Source of the DNA: Balanoglossus misakiensis
Lineage: Eukaryota; Animalia; Hemichordata
NCBI GenBank assembly: GCA_040954595.2
Contig: CM082587.2
Coordinates: forward strand, 10,483,403 to 10,547,402
DNA length: 64,000 nt
Direction: 5' to 3'
Every line of letters begins with the position of its first letter. Position 1 is the first letter of the stretch. The position numbers and the translations under genes are program-made. Under the pieces are notes generated by a model, which saw only the letters and a program-made list of their open reading frames with translations, was not told the origin of the DNA and did no database searches. Below are positions 1-11,195 of the stretch, piece after piece.

Positions 1-1839
1 ACCCAGCCGTTGACACAACTCCTTCAAGACACAAGCTTCAAAGTTTTTCCCTTGGTCCGAATGTAACCCTTCAGGTATTCCATATCGACAAACAATCTCA
101 TCATATATTACGGCCGCTGTTGTTTTGGCTGTCTCATCAGGCACTGCGAATGCTTCTACCCATTTACTGATTGGGTCTGTTAGCGAAAAGATGTATCTGT
201 TTCCACGTGGTGTCTTAGGTAAAGGTCCTGCAAAATCCATGTGCCACCACTGAAGGGGTCGATCAGGAATTGGTAAATCACCTTCAGGTGGGCGGTCAGG
301 TATAGTTGGAGTTTTGCGCTGTAAGCATGACTGACATGAGCGACACCACAAATTGACATCTCTTTTCCAGTGAAACCAGAAATACCTTGAACCGACGGCT
401 GATTTTGTTTTAGCTGGTCCAAAGTGTCCAAGTTCGTCATGAAGTGCTGTGAGTACACGCTCTACTTCTGTCTGTGGAATAACAACTTGTTCTACTGGCA
501 TGTCCCCCTTCTTTGTCTTGAGAACCAACAAATCGTCACGGAAGTCCAACATTTTCCCATCCTTGACAAGGAAACTGTTGACATGGTTTGGAATGTTTCT
601 GGGTTTTGTGCCATCCTTTACCCAACGACGCATTATGCCAACATGTTGATCATTTTGCTGTAGTCTGACTAGTTCGTCTATCGTCCAAATGCCAGCCAAA
701 GTAACTGCATGAACATGTGGTGCTCTTGACAATGCATCAGCCACAGTCATCAACTTCCCTGGCCTGTGTGAAATTGTGAAGTCGTAGTTGTCTAGTGTTA
801 CCCGCCAACGTGCTAGCTTTCCTTTAGGTTGCTTCAGTTGCCGTAGGTACGTCAGGGGTTTGTGATCCGTTATCACAGTAAAAGGTCTCCCTTTCAAGTA
901 CATGCCAAATTTCTCGAGGGCCCATACAACACCAAGGCATTCTTTCTCTGTTGCTGAGTAGTTCTTTTCTGCCTTGTTCAACGCTCTAGACGCATATTCT
1001 ATGACATGGCCACCTTGGCAAAGGAGTGCACCCAAACCGATATCACTGGCGTCAGTCTCAACGACAAAGTCTTCTGTGAAACATGGATATACCAACACAG
1101 GGTATGACATCAGCTTTTCTCTCAGTTGATCAAATGCATTCTGACAAGCATTGGTCCAGTTATAACCTACATTTTTCTGGGTGAGTTCATGTAGGGGATG
1201 AGCTATGTCTGCAAATGTGTTGATGAAACGTCGATAATACGACGCCATACCTAAGAAGCGACGCAACTCGGCAACAGACTGTGGTCTTGGGTAATTTGAA
1301 ATCGCAGATACTTTGTCTGGGTCCGGTTGTATGCCCTCTTCGCCAACAATATAGCCTAGGTACTTCACCTGCTTCCGAGCAAAAACACACTTCTCCACAT
1401 TCAATTTCAAGCAAGCTGCACGAAGCTTTCCAAACACTATTCGCAGGTGCTCCAGGTGCTCATCAAAACTGCTCGAAAATACAATGACATCATCAAGGTA
1501 GATTAACACTATCTCCCAGTTCAGTTCGCTAAAAACTGATGTCATAAGTCTCTGAAAAGTTGCAGGGGCTCCCTTGAGCCCAAAGGGCATGGTGTTGAAC
1601 TCAAACAAGCCTCTGTGACAGGCAAATGCTGTTTTGTGGCGGTCCGATTCCTTCCCAGGTAACTGCCAATACCCCTTCGCTAAATCAAGTGTGGTGAATA
1701 TCTTTGCCCCGCCAAGTGCTGCTAGACTGTCATCAATTCGTGGAATCGGAAATGAATCGCCAACAGTTACTTCATTTAACTGTCGAAAATCAACACAGAA
1801 GCGTGTTGAGCCATTCTGCTTCTTCACAAGTACCAAAGG
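1..1839 (-). CDS. pol: Pol C-terminal part: reverse transcriptase, RNase H and integrase (open to the window edge, not in the ORF track)
   Basis: Manual translation gives 613 open codons: RFCVDFRQLN, LDLAKGYWQ, MPFGLKGAPATFQR, YLDD (1500-1489), TDASDIGLG, YSATEKECL, TDHKPL, ADALSR, HHCC zinc finger, WHMDF and HSDQG integrase motifs. Confidence 0.95.
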
Positions 1840-2983
1840 GCGAGCTCGACCATGGGCTATGGCTCGGTCTGATCACATTTGCCTTCAGACCATCCTGTAT
1901 GAAGTTCTCCACCTCATGCAGTTTGTTGAAGGGCACACGTCGTGGCGGTTGAGCAGTAGGAGCTGCCTGGCCTGTAGGAATTTCATGTTCTATCTTATCA
2001 GTCAACCCCAGTTCTCCTTCGACTGAAAACACATCACTATTTGATTGAATCAGTTTATACAGTCGGTGTTTTTCACTCCCTGTAATGTCAGCTTCGCTAG
2101 CAAAAGAACGTGCCATTTTATCCACTTTTGCTGCTCTCTGTGCTTTTGTAGTCTTTGAAGTCACAGCCTGAACTGCTGGTGTATCGCAAATGTTTGTGGA
2201 AAATGTACCAATAGTGGATCCTGCAGCAATTTCACAAGTAGTGTTGGATGGGTTGGTCATGTGCATTAGAACTTTGCTTCCGGTACGTATTACATCTAAC
2301 ACTCGTCCACAACCAATGCCCATACGTTCACTTCCTTCGGAACCTGCTGATTCAACAATACCAACTGTCCCTGGACTCAAGTTATACTCCACTGTGCCTT
2401 CAATCACACACATATGCCGTGGCAAAACAGTGATTGGCTCTTTGGCTTGGATGCGACAGATTGTTGGCTGTTGTGGACGCATGTCCGTTTTACATTCATT
2501 ATGCCTTGATCTGCCCAGTCTCTGTGATTTCTCGCCATGTGACAGTGAACTTGAATCGTAGTAAACATCAGTCCCAATTGACAAATGGATTGGCAATGAA
2601 GGGAAAATATCCATGCCAATGATGGCTGGGTATGTTGAATGTTTGACTACGGTAAATCGGTGCTGGCTGACTTTATGTTTACCGACGTGGCAGTCTGTCA
2701 CAATATCACATACAGTTCCAAGACTGCTCCCATTCGCTCCTTGGGGGTTATAAAGTGGGGGTAAAAGAGTTCCTTGGGCTCCTTCAATCAATGTATCAAC
2801 AACAACACTTATCTGGGCACCAGTGTCTATCAACCACGTACATTTCTTTCCTCCAATAAATCCTTCAATCTCAATACCATTCGGTAGTGGTCCCGCCAGT
2901 GATGCAACAGACACAACAGGTTCGGTCAGCTGGTTTCTTGCTGAAGGAGACTGACCACCACCTCCAGCCCTTAGAAGTTTCCC
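1840..2983 (-). CDS. pol: Pol N-terminal part: aspartic protease, dUTPase-like spacer, start of RT
   Basis: LIDTGA protease motif, IIGMD, HEIPTG..PTAQPPRRVP and VIRPSHSPWSS. The frame shifts at ~1840. Confidence 0.9.
2924..2983 (-). promoter_or_regulatory. -1 ribosomal frameshift signal (G GGA AAC plus predicted H-type pseudoknot)
   Basis: Slippery heptamer at 2983-2977 in the gag frame, pol in the -1 frame; stem 1 GCUGGAGG/CCUUCAGC, stem 2 GGUCAGU/GCUGACC. Confidence 0.8.
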
Positions 2984-3837
2984 GGATGTGTTTGCACTGG
3001 TGCCGGTGCTGTACATTCAGCAGCACGATGGCCAACCTGCTGACATCTGTGACACAGGCCCCGAAACCTGTTCAATGCTCCTACCGGACCTCGCTGACCA
3101 GCACGGCAATTCCGGGCAATATGGCCAGTTTTACCACATGTGTAACAGGTTCGTGGTGTCCTCTGATTATAACCATTTCTGTTCTGTTGTTGTTGTGTTT
3201 GTATTGCAGCAACTGTACCTGCCAGCTTTGCCTGTCCGGTTGCAAGTTCGTCTAACTTTTTGAGCAGTTCATCAGTAACAACAGCATCCTCAGTGTTATT
3301 TGCAGCGCCACTTTCAACTATTCTGATTGAAGAGGAATCTCTCTCCAACTGTACAGCTCGTTTCACTAAGTCATCTAAAGTCTCCTTTTCAGTTGTTATC
3401 CAGGACAGTTTCCTGCTTATGTCACCACGTAATGCTGTACGGAAATGAGCAACTGCCAGTGTTAGGCGCGTTGTTTCATCTTTGACCTCGGGATAGGCAC
3501 GAGAAACAAGGTCTATGATGGCAAATTTCAACTCTTGTGCTGACTCACCAGCTTTTTGCTTGCGTTCTGCCAGTTCTTGCTGATACTGTGTCGTTGTTTT
3601 CATCGACTTGAACCGATCTTTTAGGGCTTTTGACGCATTTTCAAATGTATTTGTCTGGCTGGCTTGCAGTTGCGTGAAAAAGTTCTTAGGCTCACCCTTC
3701 AAAGACAAATGGAGGCTGGCTACTTTCTTCCGTTCATCTGTAACATCTTTGGCAACAAAGTATGCCTCCACCTGACAAATATGGCTCTCAATCTCCGTAC
3801 CATCACTCCCATCCCAAGTCATCAACGTGGCCGCCAT
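2971..3837 (-). CDS. gag: Gag polyprotein (retrotransposon gag domain plus two CCHC zinc knuckles)
   Basis: 288-aa ORF with a QKAGES major-homology-like motif and knuckles CYTCGKTGHIARNC and CHRCQQVGHRAAEC. Confidence 0.95.
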   Translation of the reverse strand: MAATLMTWDGSDGTEIESHICQVEAYFVAKDVTDERKKVASLHLSLKGEPKNFFTQLQASQTNTFENASKALKDRFKSMKTTTQYQQELAERKQKAGESAQELKFAIIDLVSRAYPEVKDETTRLTLAVAHFRTALRGDISRKLSWITTEKETLDDLVKRAVQLERDSSSIRIVESGAANNTEDAVVTDELLKKLDELATGQAKLAGTVAAIQTQQQQNRNGYNQRTPRTCYTCGKTGHIARNCRAGQRGPVGALNRFRGLCHRCQQVGHRAAECTAPAPVQTHPGNF

Positions 3838-3935
3838 TTTGTGTTGAATGCTACACTTCTTCTGAACCGCGGGTAATGTCGATCAGTCTGGTACAGTCCC
3901 AACAAAGAAGTAACGGCCCTTCCAGTCACAGCACT

Positions 3936-3953
3936 ATCCCACCGCTGCCACCA
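3936..3953 (-). promoter_or_regulatory. Primer-binding site complementary to the tRNA-Leu 3' end
   Basis: TGGTGGCAGCGGTGGGAT (18 nt) is complementary to ...ATCCCACCGCTGCCA-CCA, the 3' end of animal tRNA-Leu(AAG/TAG); it sits next to the LTR end. Confidence 0.9.
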
Positions 3954-3954
3954 A

Positions 3955-4154
3955 TGTTAAGGGGGGAAATTATAGGAAAGCACACACCAGCCAACGGTAT
4001 CGTTTCAGTCAGTATATTCTGGAAAACGGGAACTCGTAACGTCAACATGTACACAAGGGAACTCGCCCCAAAACACCACACACAAAAGCAATAATTCCGC
4101 CCGACTCAAGAGGGCGCCTGAACACGCGAGGTCAGGGGTCAAGTCCTTTCAACA
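3955..4154 (-). repeat. Putative 5' LTR (~200 bp)
   Basis: Minus strand ends ...CCCCCCTTAACA 1 nt before the PBS; candidate start TGTTGAAAGG gives TGTT...AACA termini. The outer boundary cannot be confirmed without the 3' LTR. Confidence 0.65.
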
Positions 4155-4422
4155 AGTCCAATGTTTATAATCGTACCCTTATCACTTTCATGGCGAAATT
4201 TGCGACATCGCCCAAACGCCATTTTACGTCGGTAACGCACGTCCCCAGGACGAGTGACACTTTTCGATCGATAATATCTCGAATGTTCGACCGACTTTTG
4301 AAACATGAAGAGCCAGACATTAGGTTTCTCTGTCATCTAAAACGCATACTCTGATTTGGTAGCGATTCTCTTCGTAATAGTTGCCAAATGGCAGTGGGCT
4401 GAAAATTCGTTTCATACCCTGT

Positions 4423-5220
4423 ATATATGTGTACTCACGTACACAGATCAGTTGCGGGCGCGCACGCATGCGTAGACATCGCCTTTACTGCTCAAGACGA
4501 GATCGTATACATGTACACACGGTGCCTATCCCCTATTAGATACGCGTACGGTGTGGTTTTGCACATAAAGTTAACACTGACCTAGCTTTAGTGCATTTCT
4601 CGTCCACACCAAACAAACCCATGAAATATTTTATTCTTTGTTCATTGAGGACGTCGCGTTTATGATAAGTTTATTAATATCTATACACTTTATTGTTCCA
4701 TGGCGATATATGTGTACTCACGTACACAGATCAGTTGCGGGCGCGCACGCACGCGTAGACATCGCCTTTACTGCTCAAGAGGAGATCGTGTACACACGGT
4801 GCCTATCCCCTATAGAGGTACGCGTACGGTGTGGTTTTGCACATAAAGTTAACACTGACCTACCTTTAGTGCATTTCTCGTCCACACCAAACAAACCCAT
4901 GAAATATTTTATTCTTTGTTCATTTAGGACGTCGCGTTTATGATAAGTTTATTAATATCTATACACTTTATTGTTCCATGACGCCCGTGCGTAGAGCAGA
5001 CCAGTTGCGGGCGCGCACGCATGCGTAGACATCGCCTATCCCCTATAGAGGTACGCGTACAGTGTGGTTTTGCACATAAAGTTAACACTGACCCAGCTTT
5101 ATTGCCGTTCTCGTCCACACCAAACAAACCCACGAAATATCGTATTCTTTGTTCGTTGAGGACGTCGCGTTTATGCTAAGTTTATTAATATCTATACACT
5201 TTATTGTCCCATGACGCCCG
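4423..5220 (+). repeat. Tandem repeat, ~283-bp unit, ~3 copies (third shortened)
   Basis: TATATGTGTACTCACGTACACAGATCAG recurs at ~4425 and ~4707; CATAAAGTTAACACTGACC and CCACACCAAACAAACCC each occur three times. Confidence 0.9.
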
Positions 5221-5976
5221 TGGCTAGACAGGAAGCGAAAACTCGTTCAAGCGCAGTAACACTCAACGACTGTTCTCGTCCGTTCGATTTGCTGTGACCG
5301 TTTGACCAGCAGGAGCTCAGACAACAGTCATTACGCAGAGAAACCCCAAATGCATTTTATCAGTCCTAAACTAATAAAAAAATCTCACAAATAAGAATCA
5401 AAACTGACTGTATAATTTTCATTGCATAATCAGTGTCACAATAAAAAGTAATTAGGGCCTAGACCTTCAATAAAAAGTGTCGAAGTGATCAAGGGAGGGA
5501 GGTGAAAATTTTGCCGCGGCCCTACTGTTCCGGGACCTGGTTTACACTAGGAAACTGGAATGGCAAAAACGATATTGTGGATACTGTAAAGGGAATATTT
5601 TCGTAATATTATCTGCACTTTCCTCCCCGAGACGTGTGAATAAAACGGAGTAATCGGGCAACCTTGAGAAATCAACGCATGTCATAGAAAATCGAATCGA
5701 CGCGTCAGCGTTTGTCTTCGAACACACATAAGAACAAAGCATTGCGCCCCAGGGCGCGATTTTTTGTCAAACATCGATTAAAATGTGCTAGATTTTCGTC
5801 GTAAAACCTTCACTTAAGGGACATTTCAGTGAATTAAACCCCCAAATATAAATTCTACAACTTCTTAAAATGATAAATTTGAAATCTTGTAAAAAAAAAA
5901 AATAATTTTTATTATAACTGGCCAAAGGCAAAAGTTGACGACAAATTTTAACACACAAAAAAGAAAAACTACAAAC

Positions 5977-6158
5977 CTTCTCCTTTTCAAATCGCTCTCC
6001 CGACAAAATTCTTCTCTTTCAAGTGGTAGCCGTCTCTCAGATGCCGTCTTGCACAGTTCTTCTAACTCGTGCTTCCTGTATTTGTACGCGTTTACCCCCC
6101 GATCCCTCAAATATTTTTTCAATTCAGCGACCGACTTTTTGCCTGACGTCAACGCCAT
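5977..6158 (-). pseudogene. Isolated first exon encoding a SAP-like domain (probable transposon accessory-gene relic)
   Basis: MALTSGKKSVAELKKYLRDRGVNAYKYRKHELEELC fits the SAP pattern V.ELK..L..RG......K..L; it is followed by AG|GTTTGT and AT-rich sequence. No further exons were found. Confidence 0.55.
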
Positions 6159-6849
6159 TGTTCGATATCTTACGCAATCGTTTGTCCTACCTTGCGGTCG
6201 GTCGCTCACTTCGGACATCGTATACCACTGATACGATGGACCAACTGTCTTGTCATGATAAATCGTGTAAAGAACGCAGTAAACTGAATGCTACTTTATA
6301 CAGTATACTATAGTATTTCGAGTCAATTTCCCGATCCAGTATGCCTCCATAGGTGCCCCAAATTGAGAAAGATCGCGCGTTTTTCCGACGTTTAATGTGC
6401 ATCACATTCACAACGATATTTTTGAAATCTAGGCTATATTTACCCAGGTCGATTTTCATGAAGTAATTTCACATCTGCACGTCGTATGTTACAGTAAATA
6501 AGACGTTAGCATAGTGCGAACGTCGAAAGAAGAGTGCATGCGTTGGAATGCGGAACTACGTGACTATCTGTCACTCTCTCTTGCACTAACTGTGAAATTT
6601 CCGCAAATAATGGTTTTTAAATTCTTTAGACACAACGAAATAACATTTCCGTGTAGTAATTTTAAGAACTGGAGGCTGTATTTTGCATGAAATAGTGCGA
6701 ACGCGCAGACTACGAATGCACATGTGATCTGCCTCCCCTGGGATCCATCACAGCTCTGCTCACATGGTAGGAAGGCAGGTTCTCTCTGACGCGCGCACAT
6801 ACTATCTGACCTTGCGCGGTTGCTAAGGCCATTGCGCATGCTCAGATAT

Positions 6850-6867
6850 GAACTCTCGCGAGAGTTC
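6850..6867. promoter_or_regulatory. 18-bp palindrome containing TCTCGCGAGA (BANP-type motif), next to an NRF1-like GCGCATGC
   Basis: GAACTCTCGCGAGAGTTC; TGCGCATGCTC at ~6833-6843. Confidence 0.45.
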
Positions 6868-7633
6868 TACTATTCGGGAATCAGGAATTGGGATAGGCAT
6901 GAAGAACATTTCTACTACAAAAACTGGAGAGGGCGGGGGGGATTGGGGGGGGGCTTTTCAGTTTAGTCACGGTCCTTGGTTTTGGCCTTCGGCTTTACTA
7001 GAAAAGCCAAAAACCACAATGCCAAAGGCTAACTCGTCGAAGCACCTGGTACGTCTATGGCAGAAGTCAGTATTTACATGTTCTGACTCGGTACACGCGA
7101 TGCAGTTGCCAAGAGATTCCCAGAGGAATACCATGATGATGAACGGCTCGGGCGTCTTCGTGTGCACGAAGACACGAGTTTGGCTTCATTGACCCTGTCT
7201 CATTCTTTGCTTTTCATACGCATAAGGACATTTCCTATATTTTCTACCCATTTAATAGTTGTGTGTTTTTCCAGCTGATGAAAAGTCGACCTAAGCTTTT
7301 GTTTTATCACTTACTGTGGTTTTATAGGGATGTTGTGATTGAAAAAGTGGCACATTCGGGTTGTTACCTTATACTTAATAATTTCGCCATTTCTATTGGA
7401 GCAGGCTACACCGAACTTGAACCAATTTGCAGCCGTGATGGTCGGACCAATGTCCGACAAAGTTTAGGCACGTCAAGCTTATGCCTTCCTGGGTCGCCCG
7501 ACAAGAATGAACTTCTATTTTAACGATAGGGCATATTCCAATCGATACCCGCCGTATCAGTCACGCAATAATGAACACGAAATCCAGATACCCAAAAATG
7601 ATGTTTCACTAGACACGGGAGGAGTGCTGTTTA

Positions 7634-8277
7634 GGGACCGTTCAGGTTTTACGGCCGGGGGCCGGCAAAATCCAGGGGGGGGGGGGGTCACTTACATTTT
7701 GAAGTCCAAAAGGGGGGTCATCTGTTTTTTTTAAACGTTTAGGGGGGTGTCACATACTTTTGCCACCGAACATTTGCTTTTGAGTCCACAAAATTGCAGT
7801 TTAGCGCCCTTTATTTTACAAAATTTTCTAATGTGGGAGAGGGACACCCTCTCCCACGCGCACCCCCTTCATTCTCCGCCACATTTCATTTTGGGCTGGT
7901 TTGTCTAGTATACCAGAGCAGACTTCTTGCCACCCCAAACCAACCGATGATAATATTTAACAAAGTAAATACATAAAGGAGAAAAATAGTTTAAACCATT
8001 TCACATAACTGATAGTTTCGCGCCGCATCTTCTATATACTAGAAGTTTTATAAATGATGTCATCACGAAGATGACGCCAAATCTTCTAACTTTGAGTGGA
8101 GTGGCACAAAGTAAATTGGTCCTCCCAAACATTGAGATAATATGCTTTTGAGTTCATTAAAATGCAACTTCATCATTTTTGCTCCTGGGTGAAGGGGGGG
8201 GGGGGGTCAGCCTGATTTTGAAAACCGATGACACAAACTTGCCGCCCCCCCCCCGGCCGTAAAAACTGAACGGTCCC
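7634..8277. mobile_element. MITE with GGGACCGTTCAG..TTTACGGCCGGGG TIRs
   Basis: Left end GGGACCGTTCAGGTTTACGGCCGGGG, right end CCCCGGCCGTAAAAACTGAACGGTCCC; flanks TTA and TAA. Confidence 0.8.
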
Positions 8278-10999
8278 TAATAGTACCAACAGGCAATTAA
8301 AGGTATACGGTCACCTATAGTTACCATGGCAAATTGAGATCTAGCCAATCACAGATTTTATGTGGGTGGCACACGCGAAAAAAGAGCGCCGCCATATTTT
8401 CTCATCTCAGCCATATGTGGGCCTATGTAAGTGTATACCTTTAACCACCTCATGTCATTTACAGAATTGGAACACCCTAAAGAATACCATGCAGACAATG
8501 TCACGTGTTGTTCCATGACCAACCAAACAACAAACTCATGTCCAAATCAATTAAATTCCAAAGAATGCTCCAAATATCTTTGCAGAATTGCCACGCAAGT
8601 CGAGCATACTTAAGCACTCTGCATAACTGAAACATAAAATCCAAGCTTTTTACAATACAACAATAAACATTCTGATCGAATTAATGACCAAATAAAACGA
8701 AAAACACAACTCGACCCACAAAAAGTATACGAAGCGCTTTTAATCGTTCATTAATGTTTGATCTCGAGGAGACGTGTTAAAAAATCCGCTATGAAAAGCA
8801 GGGGAGAACAATAACCTATTTTTACCAGGTAAACAGACACCAGGTAAAAATCCACCCATGCTTCCAGACCGCTCTAGGATAGTGATCCATCCAATGAAAC
8901 TGTATCTCTTTAACTTTAATTTGCAAACTCGTGGAATTGATCATTTTATAAATCGCTCCCTTTTGACGTTTTCTCTGTGGTTTGTTTATACGAAATGTTG
9001 CCTGTGCCAAATCTGTCCTCTGATACTGTCACTTGTATTAGAGTTCGAATTACACAGAAGTACAGTACAACGTTTTGAAGAAGTCAGAAATTTTTCGTGG
9101 GAACGGTGATATACTTAGGCCACACTCGAGCTAAAAACAAAGGTCAAAAGTCTATATTTTATCAAAAATGTCTTGGACGCACTAACATCTACAGGATGTG
9201 GAAGGGGCGAGTCAAAACCGCGATCTACAACTGTGCCCCCCCCCCCCGGCTGTCTTGCTTCTATTTGGAGTGTCAATATGTGATTTAGCGTTGTTTGCGG
9301 CAGAGACTAAGCTTTGTTCTTGTTTCACTCCATTTGCTGCATTGTGCTGTGCTCTGGTATTTCTCCAGGGTCTACGGTTACACTATAGGCTGATTAGTCG
9401 TATCTTTACTACACAGACTAAAAACGTCGAAGCTTTATGTCTGTGCTTTTTATGAACAAGCATCGTCCGATTCGAACACGACTCATCGTCAGTAACTATG
9501 TTTATTTCGCCCTTGGAGACCTCCCCTGGCCTCGTTAGGATGACTGTTACCAGGACTACCTTAAACCAATCTTTTCGAACCGGACGGTACACACGACATG
9601 TCTATGTTAATTGTCCAGGTACCAGAGTGTACGTGTGGGTTCCCTAAACCACTCATTGGCGGCCGGTCCCTGTCCGAATAAACACGTTTGACAGACAAAA
9701 AATGATGAACAAGTGGCTTATTTCAATACTTCGTTAACTAGACGGCTGAACTCTGAATGTTGATTCAGCAAAAAAATGTGTTTACGGCAAGGTTTCGATC
9801 AATACGACACATTTACCATTGAAAACGCCTTAAGTAAGAAAAGAAGCGATTGAGCGGAAGTGATCGATGGGGGCGTTTGACCATCAATCAAAACCACGCC
9901 CAGGTGTATGTGAACGGCCGAAGCAGTGTAACGTTTCACATTCCGTGCAACGTCCGACACTGTGTGAGAGCGGTTGCTGTCGGGTGGCTTGACCTAATTA
10001 TCGTACATTGATATGCATTTGACACCTCACTACCTGTTTTCTCAATATTGCTAAAACTTTGCGTTGAAATATCACTGAAATGTTGATGATCCACGCACAA
10101 GTCGTCTACCCCGGCACGAAAAGCTTCTTATACAAGAAAACTAATTGCATATGACCACCAAGGTCATACCGCAAGGTGTGTCTAAATGTCAAGGAAGGAC
10201 ACTTGGGTCAAGAACGACCATGACGGAGGAAAAACCGACAAGTCATTGTGTAACCTGTTTACTTGCCAATAGTCAAACGTCAAAATTTACTCTCAACTTG
10301 GTTGCAGATCGAGTCTCCCGAATTTCCAACTTTTATGATTGGGTAAATACCGATATGCGACTGGTATGCGACGCGTTGACGACGCAAAGATTTTGTTGAA
10401 ATCAAATGGTTTGTCAAATGTCATCTCACAGTGGAGATACCGTGGTCATCTGACATGAAAGGGTTCGATTGGGTCTGACCGCCGTCGTTCATCCATGCTT
10501 AGAAAGCTGCCATCATGGTACAAAGTAAAACCAAGGTCAAACCTTACTGAACACATGCATGAAGAAATATTTCTCCCTGTCTGTGTACTGTATACGTACC
10601 ATGATTGCCATGGTTACAAACGTCCACGTGAGAGAGAGTGCATTTTACATCTGTCTTTTCAATTTTGTTGCTTTTTTACTATTCGGAATGATGGAGTCGA
10701 AACGAAAACTTTTTGCTTCAGGTGGACCCAAGGGAAATACCTTACTTGTGACTTTTTTCATGACCCTAAAAAGACGCCGAAATTAATGTGGCTGAGGTCA
10801 CTCAGGACGACGGAATGGTTGAGCGATTTTCTTTTATGAGCTCCCACTAGTATTTGTTTTATTGTTTCGGCAGTGTGTCGCGTTATTCGAGCAATCTGCT
10901 GTCTGAAAACGAACGGTTTTCAAAGTTTATAACAGAAGAACAGGGGTTTAAGCATAAAAGGTCCTGTTGTCTCCCTCGCTGTGTTTGTGTCACTGTGTC

Positions 11000-11195
11000 T
11001 TTGACGTCTGACTGACTGATTAACTGGCTGACTGACTTACTGACTGTCTGTCAACGTCTGTCTGTCTGCCCCTCTCTCTGAGAGAGAGAGTGAGCGAGCG
11101 AGCGAGCGACCGATGAGTGTCTCTACTGATGACTGTCGCTCTGTCTGTCTGCCTGTGTCTGTCTGCCACTCTGCCTGTTTCACTCTGTCTCTCCT
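11000..11195. repeat. Compound microsatellite (GACT/GTCT/GA/GAGC)
   Basis: Directly visible short tandem repeats. Confidence 0.8.

Larger units (their letters stand above)
1..4154 (-). mobile_element. Ty3/Gypsy LTR retrotransposon, 5' portion (3' part lies beyond the window start)
   Basis: Order LTR-PBS-gag-PR-RT-RNaseH-IN on the minus strand; RT-RH before IN is the Gypsy arrangement. Confidence 0.96.

Noticed and set aside
3936-3953. tRNA-Leu gene fragment
   Set aside because: Only the 3' 18 nt including CCA are present, directly beside the LTR, so it is a PBS.
424-4094. Plus-strand ORFs over the Gypsy element
   Set aside because: Antisense shadows of gag and pol with no recognisable motifs.
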